Notes under the pieces: model-generated
The model's database searches: none
Told to the model about the DNA's origin: nothing
Seen by the model: only the letters and a program-made list of their open reading frames with translations
Origin: Rhodosorus marinus CCMP1338
Taxonomy: Eukaryota > Plantae > Rhodophyta
Reading direction: 5' to 3'
Assembly: GCA_029953675.1 (NCBI GenBank)
Contig: JAMWBK010000006.1
Location: forward strand, 372,001 to 436,000
Length of the DNA stretch: 64,000 bases
In this document: piece by piece, positions 26,446 to 39,017 of the stretch
How positions within the stretch are numbered: position 1 is the stretch's first letter
Layout of the letters: every line of letters begins with the position of its first letter
Translations under genes and position numbers: made by a program

Positions 26446-27808
26446 GGCAAATCTCAAACCCCTAGAATGACCTTCGCCCCAAACTCGCTTCCGCGCTTAC
26501 CATCCGCATGTCTTTTCGATTACCAAAACGTCCAACATCCTCTAGGCTACTAGCCTCTTCGGACAATGTAGATTCTATATTGTACTAAGCTGTTCACTAC
26601 CAGTATCAGTCCATTCCAACAGCATCCGCGAAAACCCAACACCAGAGCCACACCAACGATCGGAGCACATCCAAGGACGAGGAACTTCCGTTCCAACACT
26701 AAACCCCTTGGGTACGACGATACTGAATAAAAATACGTCAAATATAGAACTCTTTACCTACCCTAAAACTATTGCCATCTCAAAAAAAGCAGTTGAAATA
26801 TCGAACCCTCCTTTAAAAATACTTCTTTGACATATATTTGAACTTTAGAAATTTTTAGAGCTGTTATTCGTAAGTTCTGAACGCGACCTCTGCACCTAAA
26901 ATTGAACTAGTTCTCTCCGATCTTAACCCCTCAGGTCGTGAAGATAGTACTTATCAACTAGATAGCAACCGCCGTCCCCCCCCTGCCAATAACTGCTGAG
27001 GAAACTTGAAAACATATAGATTTTAGTATCACGGGGAGGACAGCTGTTATCCAAAAATATCGAAAATATTTCATTTTGCGCAGGTTTCGCCTCGACCGTT
27101 ACTTTCAACGGCTAGGTTTTAGTTTGAAATTTGAATGATGGTACTGAATTTTTAGTTTATTTCGCAATGGAGGGGAGCAATTTTCCAACGGGTACTCACT
27201 CGCAGAGGCATTCATTCCGTGGTACATTGGGATGACTAGACTTCCGCCTCTGATGATCGTCCTACTCTTCTGGGTCGCTTAAAGCTGCGGGCTGCTAAGC
27301 TGGGGTGCTTTTGGTGCTGTTTGTTGGTAACAGTTGAACTCGGTTGGTTCTGGCTATTCCACCGGATCGATGGATACGACGTGAGCATTTGGACAGCGTA
27401 TATAACGTGGACAGCATGTAAACTACAAGCGCAAGAAGAAGATGCTTTTTGGTCTCAGGTTTAACTCACAGATTCACGGAATTTTCCTTTACATTCACGA
27501 AAAGGAAACTATGCACTTCTGATCGGAAAAGCCTCGCCCTTCCCAGCGAGCGAGACCTGTTTAAAAATCTTCTCTTGGAGTCTTCCGAAACAATATCGTA
27601 GTGCAGGATTTTCTCATTGAACCAAGTGTAAACTTCTCACCCCAACCATTCCGCGGACGAAAAAGGACAAAATAACGGGTGGCATGGGAAGCGAGGGGCC
27701 ATCGCGGACCTCGAGCTCAGGGCGCAGCCTGAATCCTTTCGACGCCATCTCTAGGGATAGACGAGAACATAAACGGGTTGGCTTTCCATGATTAATCGGT
27801 CCACATCA

Positions 27809-28609
27809 CTACTGCTTCGTTTTCCGCTTCTTCTGAGTAGGATTTTTTTCTGGCACTTCTTGATCTTCCAGCCCAACAATAAATTCCCACTCCTGCTTAG
27901 ACACGCGTTGTACGGACACTCGGGTATTGTTCAAGAGCATCATGCTCTTCAGCTTGTCTTGCTTAAATTCTTTGAGCTCATCCAAAGAGATAAGACGCTT
28001 AAGACGACGAACCAACTTGACGTCCACCATAAACCATCGCGGATCTTCTGGTGTGGACTTCGAATCGTAGTACAAGTTTTTCTCGTCAAACTGAGTATGA
28101 TCTGGATACGCCTCCTCAACGACAGTCACCAGTCCAACAATACCAGCCGGCTTGCAATTAGAGTGATAGAAGAAAGCAAAATCGCCTTTTTTCATTTCAC
28201 GCATAATGTTCCGGGCCTTTGAGTAACCGAGTTCAAAATTAATGGCGAATTGGAATCAGATCAGCGTGCGAGGATATTTCGGACTCTCTTTCCCGCAGTC
28301 CTTGGAGAAAAAGTAGCATCGTACCTGATAGTTTCGCACGCCGTCCCAATGAGAGGTTTGCTCTGGCATGTTCTCTAAATCGGCGATTGAAAACTTGACC
28401 TCTTGACCTGCAACGATCCGACTTTCTCCTTCACTCTTCATTAAGAAGTATCTCTGTTCCTCGGATACATTTGTTTTCTCCTCTGAAACTGCGTCATGCT
28501 TACTTTCAAGCTCCGCAGAGGGTCCAGACCCGGAACTGTTCTCCTTCTTCTTGACGGGACGACTACCCTCCGCTGTGGCGATGACACCTCGAGAACGCGT
28601 TCGAACCAT
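27809..28609 (-). CDS. THYN1: EVE-domain protein (thymocyte nuclear protein 1 homolog)
   Basis: YFLMKSE..FSIADL..WDGVRNYQ|ARNIMREMKKGDFAFFYHSNCK..YYDSKS..PRWFMVDV..RVSVQRV. One intron at about 28220-28322. Confidence 0.93.
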
Positions 28610-29559
28610 TCGTAACCTCGATACCTTGCTCAAACCTCGAACAGCTAAAAAAGGAGATACACAGAAAGCCATTTGTAGATTCAGCTTCCAACGTATCTCA
28701 AGCCATCCTACATAGCAGACCCAACTCATGATCAGGTTTTGTCCCACAGCGACTCAGACCTGATGGTTTCTGAGGAGTTTGTATCGACAAGTTTGCAGGG
28801 TGGAGTTCAAGGGCAGCGAAAGCACATTCGCTCTCCGTTGTGCGTTCGCTATGTGCGGCTACTTCTCGTCTTGTGCAGGTCTGACAGGGACTTTCCGGGC
28901 AAATGCTGTTGCGCTTTTGAAGCTGCTTTTCAAAGCGTTTGATTGTGATCGTCACTGTCCAACTTATTGAGGGGTTGAAAGGCTCATCCTTGACCACACC
29001 CAGACCCACAAGCTTTTTCAACGGAAGGATTGGATGACGGAAGAAGCCTCGGAAATTTGTGCGACTCAACACAGTCGTCGCGCGGATCAATACAAGACCA
29101 TCAGTGGGTAATCGATCGTGTTGTCTACTAGTTGCCAGGGTAGGATCTACCAGCCCATGCTGCCATTCTCTTTCAACAAATCCTTGGTTGGATCTGGGGA
29201 ATCTCTGCGGATCCCTCAATGCGAAGAAGAGCGTCCCGGAATCGCGGACCCTGTTCTCGTCTACTGATTATTGGGAGACTGTTCTGGGAAACGGCCTTTT
29301 GGAATGTGCTGAAATGCTTCTGTGTGTGTGTAGGTTTGGTTCTCATACATCCTCAGACACTGCTTGTTGTTTCCCATCTGCCAAAGGCTGTAATTTATAG
29401 GATCAAGCACTTGTCTCGACCTGTCCAATCGTGTATGAACCTAATGGCGAATCACAGAAGCGTCGGCGGCTTTTCTCGCTACGAAGATTGTTCTCTTTTT
29501 GTCTTTGTGCTTGGGAAATCTTTCCTGTACGTGACAAGATCATGAAGACCAAAATTGGC

Positions 29560-30191
29560 TTAGGAGATGGTTAGTGTTTTGTACAATCCGTCGTTGACAT
29601 GGTGAAGCATCTCTACAGCAATCCCCTTGTTGATTGAGCGAATGTCCGCAGTCGAAAGTTTCGTAAGTCCTACAGCTAGCGCATTTTCTTTTCCCTCAGC
29701 ATGAATAGCAACGATCTTCCCGGCTTCAACTTCCTCGTCCATTCTAGCGCCGGGAGACGTCAGTCCTGGGCACATGATATCTGCACCCTTGAGGACGAAC
29801 TTGATGGCGCCCTTATCCACTTGAAGCTGTGGCAAAACAGAACGATCCTTTTTCAGTAAAAACATTTCTCTGATAACTCTACTGATCGATTCGCCCATAC
29901 GCCCACCTTCGGCAGGAAAAACGGATACTTGTGCAACAACCTTAGGCTCGGTGCGTACGGCCCATCCCTCTCGTTGAAGAAAAGTGGTGCATCGCCATTC
30001 AGAGTAACGACATTTACATGATTCTGACATTTGGCCAAAACAACCTTCTCCTTCTTCGGTAGAATATCATCGATGTAGGGCTCTATGCCCCTCATCTGAT
30101 CAAGCACTTTGGATCGAATTCCTCGCTGAACTGAAGACTTCACCTGCGACTGTCCAGATATCCCATCCTTGGCTGTGAAGCGTTTGAACAT
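29560..30191 (-). CDS. MCTS1: MCT-1/Tma20 translation re-initiation factor (PUA domain)
   Basis: MFKRF..QVKSSVQRGIR..PSLRLLHKYP|..VDKGAIKFVLKGADIMCPGLTSPGA..INKGIAVEMLHHVNDGLY. Confidence 0.95.
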
Positions 30192-30798
30192 TTTCCAAAT
30201 GACTGTTAGAGTTCAAATTATTTGCTCTACTTCTCTCAGTCAGAGCATCCTATTTGCTCTGATCTTGCTTCCCCTAACCCATCCTGGCGTCCAGTTGCGA
30301 ATCTATTGCCGTACAGCACATTCAGTATTCAGCCGCGGCGGAAACCCTTGCACCGGTCCGTGGGCTTGGCGAGAGTGGTGCGGATGGTAGTACTTTCTTT
30401 CGCTTGATCAATCTTGATGTGAGCGAAAGTAAAAATTGCATGGACTAAAGTAAATTTTGATAGGCTTCTGTAAGGCCAACAATCTTCTAGAAGATGCACT
30501 CGCAGAGGCCTTCACAATGCTTCCCATTTTTTTCCCGGCGTTGGGATCCTGGGTTGGACAGGGAGATGCGCTATCATCCCGTCGTGTGAGGCCCTCTTGC
30601 GATTTATCACATTGAGTTTCTCGTTAAATACCAATCGTGAGAGAGCTGCCGTCGCGAGGGACGTCCACGTGTTCATGTTGGTCCATACCTAGTTCTCGTG
30701 AAACACGGGACAAACCGATAGTCGTGGATTCATTTCTACAATTATAGGCTACTAGATTCCATTCGAAACGAGCGCTCTGGTAGGCACTCCTACCATAC

Positions 30799-30826
30799 GA
30801 CCACGGACCACGGACCACAGACCACA
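30799..30826. repeat. Short 7-mer tandem repeat (GACCAC[G/A])x4
   Basis: gaccacg gaccacg gaccaca gaccaca read directly from the sequence. Confidence 0.8.
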
Positions 30827-31874
30827 GAGAAGGTCATCAAGGCGTCCCTCCTAAGCATAATAGTACACAATAGTACAGTATGTTCCACCCAAATCCAACC
30901 ACTGATTACTACTAAATCCATCCATTTAGATAATTAAAAAACCGATATCCCTTTTATTTACGTCCGAATTTCAACCTCCCTCTAGTACAAAGAAAATACT
31001 AACACTGTAAACTATCCGTACGTTGATTGGAGATACGGCTGACAATCCAATCAATTTACAGCCATAGAACTTTCTCGGAAGTGGATCCCCAATTCGTACT
31101 CTAATATAAACTAAAGTGTCACTCCTATTCAGTCTATATAATAGATTGAATATGATACAATATATCTTAATTTAGTTTATATTAGTCAACAACGATTTAT
31201 TGATTGGTCGTTTTGGTGTGACAGTAAAATCGTTTTCTGAGGGGAAGGTCTCTCACGGTCAGAGTTTGAGCAGAAGAAGACGCCGTTTTGGTCTGTGGAG
31301 GCAGTCTGGGAGGGGAAGGGGTTGGGACAGGAGAAAACGGGAAGTGCGTGTGGGGGAGGCTGGGAGGCTGGGAGGGAGAGAGAGGAGATCAAGGTTTTCT
31401 TCTTTTCTGTTTCCGCTGCTTGGGATTAGGAAAGTGGTTTGGGGGTTTGGTGAGGAAGAGGAGAATCGGATGGGTTTTTGGGGGTGGTGGGGTTTGGTTC
31501 GGGGTTTGTTGCGTTAAGGCGGTCGTTTGGGAGGTGGAGTTGTTGAGAAGGGGTTGGTTTTTTGTCGTGGGTTTTTGGTTTTATTTATTGGAGTTACGGT
31601 TAGGCGGCTTTTTACGCGTTCCGCTGTTTGCGTGCCAACTTTTTTGGCTTTCTCTTAAGATTTGTGAAAGCTGGCGGGGTTGGGGTTTGTGGCTGGGGTT
31701 GAGGTTCTGGGTCGGGGGAGGAGAGGGGTTGCGGGCAGGACTATTTGCGGGTTGAGTGCCCGGACTTTGATAGATGGACTGTTGAGGACTCGACAAGGGG
31801 TGATTGACGCCATAGGAGGGAAGATAACCGAACGAATAGAGTCAGACCCAAGTTTTCGGCGGGATAGGAAGAAT

Positions 31875-32878
31875 ATGACTAGAACGTCTGAGCGGCGCGT
31901 AGTTACACAGTCCCATTTTGCCAGGCAGAAGAGGATAAACTCGAAAATGAGACCGATACTCGAGAATGGACAAACAACCGAGCTTCGATTCATGACGTGG
32001 AATGTCCTTGCTCAGTCGAGGACAGCCGATTCCTTCCCGTTGGCACCCCTCGAATCGCTCGAAGCGTCATCGAGAGGTAGGAGACCCGTGCTGCTTGTTC
32101 ACACTTTGCCGGTTTCGCACTGACGCGTTCTTGTGCGCTCTTCATGCTACTCCACTGTACAGGGGAGAGACTACTACTGGAAATTCTGCGACACGAACCC
32201 GACGTGTTGTGCCTACAGGAGGTTGACGCTTCTGGTAGCTTATCACAGAGCTACTTTCAGGAGTGGCTTGGCCGGAGCGGATATGTTCTTGCTGCCAGCG
32301 CCATGAAGAGCCGCGGGAGTGACGGATGCTGTATTTTCATCAGAAGGCATTTGAAAGACTCTGTGCGATCGTTCAATAGTGCCTGCCTGGCGGGCACGAA
32401 GCAGGTTGGGGTAGTCCTCCACCTTCAGGATGACAACGGCTTGGATATAGTTGTAGGCACTACTCATTTGAAGGCAAAACCTGGCTTCGAAGCTGTAAGG
32501 GAGAGGCAGGCCAGACACCTCCGCGAGTTCATGGTTCAATCAGCACCGCAGCCGGCGGCTCTGGTACTTTGTGGGGACTTCAACGCCGAGAGGAAGGAGC
32601 CTGCCATGGAGCAAATGGAACTGGGCGGCTGGAAATCGGCTTACGAGGAATGTTGCGACACGGAGCCGTACTCTACGTGGAAAATTCGAAAGACGGGCGA
32701 AGTGAAGAGGTGTATTGACTATGTCTGGCTCATGAGTGTCGATCAGAAGAGAGTCTGGGTTAATTCTTGCTTGCTACCTCCAAGTGAAGATCAGGTTCAA
32801 TCAGAGCGGTTCCCCAGCTGGCAGTTCCCTTCTGATCATATCAACTTGGTCGTTGACTTGAGCTTTTACACCCTTTAG
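31875..32878 (+). CDS. NOCT: Nocturnin-like EEP hydrolase (CCR4 family; NADP(H) phosphatase type)
   Basis: MTWNVLAQ, PDVLCLQEVD, TTHLKAKPGFEAVRERQ, CGDFNAE, YSTWKIRKTGEVKRCIDYVW and FPSWQFPSDH. HLKA and TWKIR are nocturnin-like. The start is uncertain, and there is an intron at about 32078-32160. Confidence 0.82.
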
Positions 32879-32882
32879 ATTG

Positions 32883-33180
32883 GGTCAACGCCACCCACAC
32901 TAACTCGCACTAATTAAAATCTTCGTGACAAGCTACTAGATCTTAAGGAGTTATGGACAGGAAAAACGAGAACTATAAATCAGGGCAAGAGACGCAGAGC
33001 AAAGAGACTAGGGAAGCACGCGGGGTAGACCGGTCAACGCCACCCACACTAACTCGCACTAATTAAAATCTTCGTGACAAGCTACTAGATCTTAAGGAGT
33101 TATGGACAGGAAAAACGAGAACTATAAATCAGGGCAAGAGACGCAGAGCAAAGAGACTAGGGAAGCACGCGGGGTAGACC
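32883..33180. repeat. Perfect 149-bp tandem duplication between convergent nocturnin and riboflavin kinase genes
   Basis: 32883-33031 and 33032-33180 are identical by eye (ggtcaacgccaccc...gcggggtagacc). Confidence 0.95.
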
Positions 33181-33190
33181 TTTTCATACT

Positions 33191-34310
33191 TTAGTTTCTC
33201 TCCGTGTGGGAGTCGCCGTTCCAGGTTCCTACCAAAAGCTCATGCTTGCGCTGTTCAATGGACTTCGGTTTCTTCAGCATGAGAATCCCTGTAAGAAGGT
33301 CGTTTTTGATGTTTCTCACGAGCTCCGGGAAACTGTCAAACTTGTGCTCCTTCCTCATGAAGCCCAAGATAACGATGCGCAGCCTCTCACCATAGAAGTC
33401 ATCCTCAAAGTCCGAGAGTAGGTGGGCTTCCAGAATTCTTTCCTTGACGTCCCCAAACGTTGGGTTGATTCCGATGTTGAGTACAGTGCCATGCAGTCTC
33501 CTCTTGCTCCCAAGTCGAGCCCAGCCGAAGTAGACGCCGTTCTCAAGCGAAGCTATCGTCACTCCGAGGATCGCCGCCTCAATGTTGGCTGTGGATAGAG
33601 GTCAGATTGTGGTTGATCAGCGCTGCATCTTTCAGCCGAAAGTCGGTCGCATTGGCGGCTCAAAACTCACCTGTAGGAATACCGATATCTCTGGATCCTC
33701 TTCCGAAACCTTCAGTGACAATCCCATCGACTGGAACCGGTTTCTCCAGAAAAACGGCAGTTTCCTGAGAGGACATGTAGGTTTCTGGTTTCCAATTCTT
33801 GTAGTGGAAAGGGCTGCCCTCGGCGATTTCGAACGAGTCCTCTTTTTCTAGTATCTCGCGGGGAGATTCCGGTGCCTCGATTTCCAATGCATCCAAGAGT
33901 TGCTCCGGGTCTTCAAATCCTAGATCCAACGCAAGATGCAAGAATTCGTTGTCCAGCTCCTCCTCGAAATCGATCTCCGGGCGCTCTTCCCAAAGCCTTG
34001 TGCTCTTCTCTTCATCGTAATTGTCATCATCATCTTCATCATCTTCATCGGCTTCCACCTCCTCACCACCAACACCTCGATCTCTACCCTCCGCTTCCAG
34101 TTCCTTCTCCAACCTCTTCAGTTCTTCCGCAAAAAATGCACTCGACGGAATCTCGTCATCCAACCCTTCAAGGTTCTCCTTCGCTCGAACGTATCCAATC
34201 CCACGTTTCCTAAAACCGGAACTCGACCTTCCTCGATCCATCAGAGGTCCCCTACTTCGAGATCCAGATCGACATCCAGCAGATCCGATAAAGCATTCCA
34301 CAAATGTCAT
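33191..34310 (-). CDS. RFK: Riboflavin kinase with putative plastid transit peptide and acidic N-terminal extension
   Basis: GIVTEGFGRGSRDIGIPT|AN, GVYFGWA, VLNIGINPTF, LEAHLL..DDFYGERLR..GFMRKE..FDSFPELV..IKND. The N-terminus is MTFVECFIG. Confidence 0.9.
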
Positions 34311-35364
34311 TGTATTCCTTTCAACTCCCAATGGGGGCAAACACTTTTTCCAAAACAGAAAAAACAACGAGGCTCTTCAGAATGTCCTCTCCCTTCCCGC
34401 CGTTCTGGTCATTTCGATAAAAGACTTCCACTTAACAACCCACAGAACCTCCTTCAAGAAGATAAAATCACCCACACAGAGGGTGATAAAGAGAACGATC
34501 AACTGGAAAAGCTGAGGGAATCCGTATGAGTTTGTCACCCCGAGTGGAAGAACTTCTGCGATTCGGCATGACTACTCGATCACCACATTGATACCTAGTT
34601 ATATCTTCTGGAATCCTGAATCTACGTAAACATAGCCATTCCATGCTTAGTGGCCCCAAGGCCGTATCGTTCTGAACAGCCTCTTTGGTGATGAATACAT
34701 TTTCTTTAGGACAGAGCTGATACTTCTCTGTCATGTGCTTGCGCTGTATCACGCACAAACGCTTACGAATCACGAATCTCGACCTGAAACCTGCCAACCA
34801 CCTCACACCGATGACGTGGCGCTGCCGGAAGGGTTTTGGTCCTTCCCAGACGAGCGCGGTACTGTTAGAGATTGCTCGGCGGTGGTGGCGTGTAGGACAG
34901 AGCTGCTATTTCTTTTCACTGGTCAAGCAATCATCGCTAACGGAGAAGAGTGGTCCTCTGGGAGGGTTCTCTCCTCCCGAATTCCCGAATCTCGATCAGT
35001 GAAAAGACTGTGGAGAGTTTCCTCTGTGAATGGCCCACTTGAAACCCCTGAAAGGGTTGTGCGTTGACTCGCCCGCGAGACACACCGCATTGAGGCTCCT
35101 CAATAGTGGTGGCATCTAGGGCAGACCTGGTCCTGCTTTCCATCATTCCCAAAGCACCATCGTTGACGAATCTAGAATGTCAAAAGATGCGAAGGAGTCG
35201 TACTGGGCAAGCAATCTGCCTGGCCCTAAAGCTCTGCTCAACTTCTAATCGCGTCATCCTTAGCGGACGACTGAAGAGCTCTCTGAGGCTGGTTTAGGGC
35301 TCGGCAGTGCCATCGTCCTAGCCACTAGAGTTGTCCAGTGGCCGAACACGCTCGGACCGTGAGA

Positions 35365-36960
35365 CTAAAAATACTTTTCTATTCTATTTTGGGTGTTACC
35401 TTGAGAGCTCTGAAGAGCTGGGTTCGAATTGGGAACTCCTTTGAGGTTCTTTCGATTAAATTGAAGCCTGAGAAAGCTAATGAAGTTGATGAGCAAGGCT
35501 AAGAAGGTCCCGTCAAGTTCCAGAGGAATGCCTGTACACCGAAGGTCAAAGCCCAAACGGGTCGACTACTACTCGGAACTGACTCGAACGCAGACAAAAA
35601 ATAACACGACCTCCTTTCTGTTAATGATAGAAGCTCGATAAAGGAGAGAAACTTAGCGCTGATGAAAACTCCAAGGAATGGCAATCAATCCCTCACAGAA
35701 AAACATATGCGGACACCGGGGTCTTGTACTCGTTGAGGGATGTCTGAGCTAATTAGAGTGCAGGGCAATAATCGTGTTCTTCAAATCCAGCAAAGGGCTG
35801 TAGAGCGTAGAAAACTGACGCGCCAACTCGTCGTTTAGAAGAATTCCTGAAATAGTCAGCCACCCTCACAAGCTCCGTACGCTTCGACCTGGGCGGTAAG
35901 TGCCCATCGACAAATGAGATGTGTTCAACATGGAGAGGGTTTGGTTTTGGTTGGTACTGAGGAGTGCCAAGAGAATGAATGATCATGGTGGGTAGGGCTT
36001 CCAGCCTTTACAAGAACCCAAACTACACAGTCATCGATAAGCCACGCCTAAAAGAACGCGGGTTATTTCCACTTGCCAGACGATTTTCGGCTCAAACACT
36101 CCCACAGATGTTCTAAGGATCTCTCTGCAGTCGCTCCCTCTACTTGTCGGCCTTTTTCTTGCATGCGAATTCGCGCGACTCCCGAATTCGTTCGTCACGG
36201 AACAACGGTGGGGAATTGAATCGCCTTGAACAAGAAGATAATTAAATGAGTGCTTGTCTGGGGTGTTAAAAAGTGCTCTCTAATCACTGTCATTATGCCA
36301 ACCACCCCGCCTAGAAGAGCTCTGACCAACTCAAGGCGCTTTCCCCGCCCAGTTTAGTTTCTTTCTTGGCGGCGGTTGTCAAAAAATGAAAACACCTTTT
36401 TCCACCCTATGTTTGGGACTTTGAAGCGGACCGCGCCAAGCTGGGTTCGACTGGAGAACTTGTTCGAGCTTCTTTCGATTAGATAGAAGCCTGAGAAATA
36501 AGCTGATAAAGTTAATAGAGAGCGGGGCTAAGGAGAATCCGTCAAATCCAGGAATACCCGTACAACGAAAGTCAAAAGCGCCAGTTTTGGGAGTCGCCCA
36601 GTCCTCCGAGCTGACTCGAGCAAGAGCCAAAAATAACACGCATTCCTTCTTTCAATTGGATGATAGATATTTAAGAAAAACCTTCCATGTTTCCCATAGA
36701 CTCTTTGCCGTTGAAAGGCCTTTTGGAAGAGCCATCAGACTCATAAGCTCCGCACACATCGACCTGGTCGATGTGACGACCAGGTCGATGTGACTATCGA
36801 CTAGTGAGATATGCTCAATCAACGCGGAGAGGGTTTGGTGTTGTCGGCACTGAGGAGTACTGAACGAAGCATAAAAAGACTTTGGATGTGCCGGAATTGA
36901 GAGCAGAGGTCAAGAGAAAGATCAAAAGTCTGATTAGAAACACCACGTCGGTTGATACGG
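35365..36960 (-). pseudogene. Two diverged, decayed tandem copies of an unidentified coding module (repeated again in copy 2 at ~39472-41050)
   Basis: 35365-35990 aligns with 36379-36875. The minus-frame blocks FD[LF]RCTGIP, INFIS, NRK, SNPA, VLF..RVSSE and PNPL.VEHIS are shared, with synonymous changes, 3-nt indels, stops and a frameshift. Confidence 0.45.
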
Positions 36961-37135
36961 ACTCTTGCCTGGAATAAGAAACAAAAAAAAAGGTATTGAA
37001 GGGCATTCTGGAGAGGCTAGGGATCGAGCCAGTTACCTAACGAGGATCGAAGAGGTGGTAAAGCAGAGGACAACTGCATGTGAAGCAAAAAATTTGAGAT
37101 CGAGAGGGATACGTAGAGAGAGGGAGGGCGGCAGG

Positions 37136-38559
37136 ATGGTTATTAAGGTAGGAATGTTGGGTGTGGGCATGATTTCGCCGATTATTGGTGACGCACTTGA
37201 AGATGCACCGAATGCTGAGTTGGTGGCGGTTGGGAGCCGGACGCTAGCGAGAGCTGAGAAGTTCATTCTGAGATACACGACTGCGAAGGCTTATGGGAGT
37301 TACGATGCGGTACTGGATGATGCGGACGTTGACATTGTTTATCTTCCTCTCCCGACGTCGTTGTGTTATGAGTGGACGATGAAATGCGCTGAGAAGAATA
37401 AACACGTGCTGGTGGACAAGCCGCTACCACCAGCGGATCAGCTTAAGGAGATGATCGAAGTATGCAGAAGCAAAGGATTGGTCATCATGGATGGTACACA
37501 CTTTGTACACTCGTCTCGCATGCAAAGAATCGTCGAAGCAGCGCGGAGCGGAGAAATCGGAAAGCTGAGAAGGGTGAACTGCTGCTTTAGATGGCACATG
37601 CCCGTGGACAATATTAGGTAAGTGCTTTAGTCAGAACCAGTCAGAAACTGTCAAAAAACTTGTTCGCTCGCTATCTCTCCCGCGCGTCGATCAACGGAAG
37701 CCCGCCTGACCAGATTTGCAGAACTAGGACAGATTAAGGTCATTCCAGTCTGTGCTTGAGTCTTTGCTAGAGTTCTTAGGACTCTTTATTATTGTCTTGG
37801 TGCCAAGAGAGAAGAATCTCATTTCCTATCTAACCGCCTCTCTCTGTACGCGTATATGCATAGGTTTAAGACAGAATTGGAACCTTTTGGTGCGCTGGGT
37901 GACCTAGGCTGGTACTGTATTAAGTTTGGCCTATCAGTTTGTGGATTCGAGAACAAAGTCATCAAAGTACATGCCGATTCTGTACGGCACCCGGAAACCA
38001 AGAGCATAACAGCTGCGGTCTGCTCGGTGTTCTTCGAAGACGGGAAGTCCATGATGTTCGACTGCGAGTTCAACGGAGCTGGCGCAACTTACTGGGGGGA
38101 GGTCATAGGTGGTACAGGTAGCATGTACGTTGAAGACTTTGTTCTTCCGTACAAGGGATCAACAGCAGTGTGCAAGAAAGAAGAACTTAGCCCTGATCTT
38201 CCTGTAAGTGACACTCCTGGCTTGAACTACATCGAGCCTTTTCAAGCTGACGTACATTCTTGAATTTGGTTTTCTGTCTCTTCTCGCAGTATTACAAGTC
38301 GAAGAACCTGAAAATAACAGAGGAGGGTAACTTTCAGGAGATATTCCCACCTGCGACAGAGAAAATTGTTGTCACCAACACACACGGGCTTTCCCAATGT
38401 GCACTCATGTTTGAGGATTTCAGGGAAGCGATGGAAGACCCGGAGAAGGCAGATAGATGGGCGATGGAAGCACTCGCAACGCAGACAGTCCTTGATACTC
38501 TCTATGAAGAGACGAAGCGCGACAGTGCTTGGTCTGACCACGCAAACAGTTCTTATTGA
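37136..38559 (+). CDS. Gfo/Idh/MocA family NAD(P)-dependent oxidoreductase, copy 1, 3 exons
   Basis: IKVGMLGVG..VAVGSRTLARA..GSYDAVLDDADVDIVYLPLPT..KHVLVDKP..MDGTHFVH..NIR|FKTELEPFGALGDLGWYCI. Introns at about 37618-37862 and 38204-38290. Confidence 0.93.
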
Positions 38560-39017
38560 GAAAGGGCGGCAGAGGTGGTCGCGGTTCACTCCAACTCCAT
38601 TTTTGTACCAGGTGGAATCACTTGAACTGTGCAACGCGTGCAAATACCCAATGCAAAAGTAAAGAGGGATGGCGCCCTCGTCGACGAGAGCATAGACGCG
38701 GATGACGTCTTTTTTGGAGCTCATACGTGAGTATGCTCTTTGCTGGGAACGGGCAGGACCGTAATTGCCGCTTGCCTGTCCCGCGCCAATGATTCCGAAA
38801 AAGTGTCCTGGTGACCTTTAGGCAACGACTCCGGCTCACCTAAAAAATCCAATTAAGAGCTAGTTTCCCATCCCATGATCTTCCCCCCAAAGCAAACTGT
38901 TCCTCTTCAAGCGGAGGATCTTCTGGAACGAGGCAGCGGCGAAACATGGGCCTGAGAGCATCGGGCAAGCAGTACGTCGTGGCCTTGTTCGGTGGGAGAA
39001 AAACACGCTTCTCCAGC

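Noticed and set aside
28739-29545. Possible small + strand gene between THYN1 and MCTS1
   Set aside because: I could not build a consistent spliced frame or recognise a motif.
27809-30191. Adjacent EVE (THYN1) and PUA (MCTS1) genes as a nucleic-acid-modification reader module
   Set aside because: Both are ordinary conserved eukaryotic genes. A shared PUA-like fold is not evidence of functional linkage.
31200-31796. Overlapping Gly/Trp/Arg-rich ORFs upstream of nocturnin
   Set aside because: These arise from G/T-skewed low-complexity 5' flank. The frame leading into nocturnin is interrupted by stops.
38242-38724. 160-aa antisense ORF kept in both duplicate copies with an in-frame 3-nt indel
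   Set aside because: Most of it is the antisense shadow of oxidoreductase exon 3. The indel is a T-run slip, and the copies are too young for retention to mean selection.
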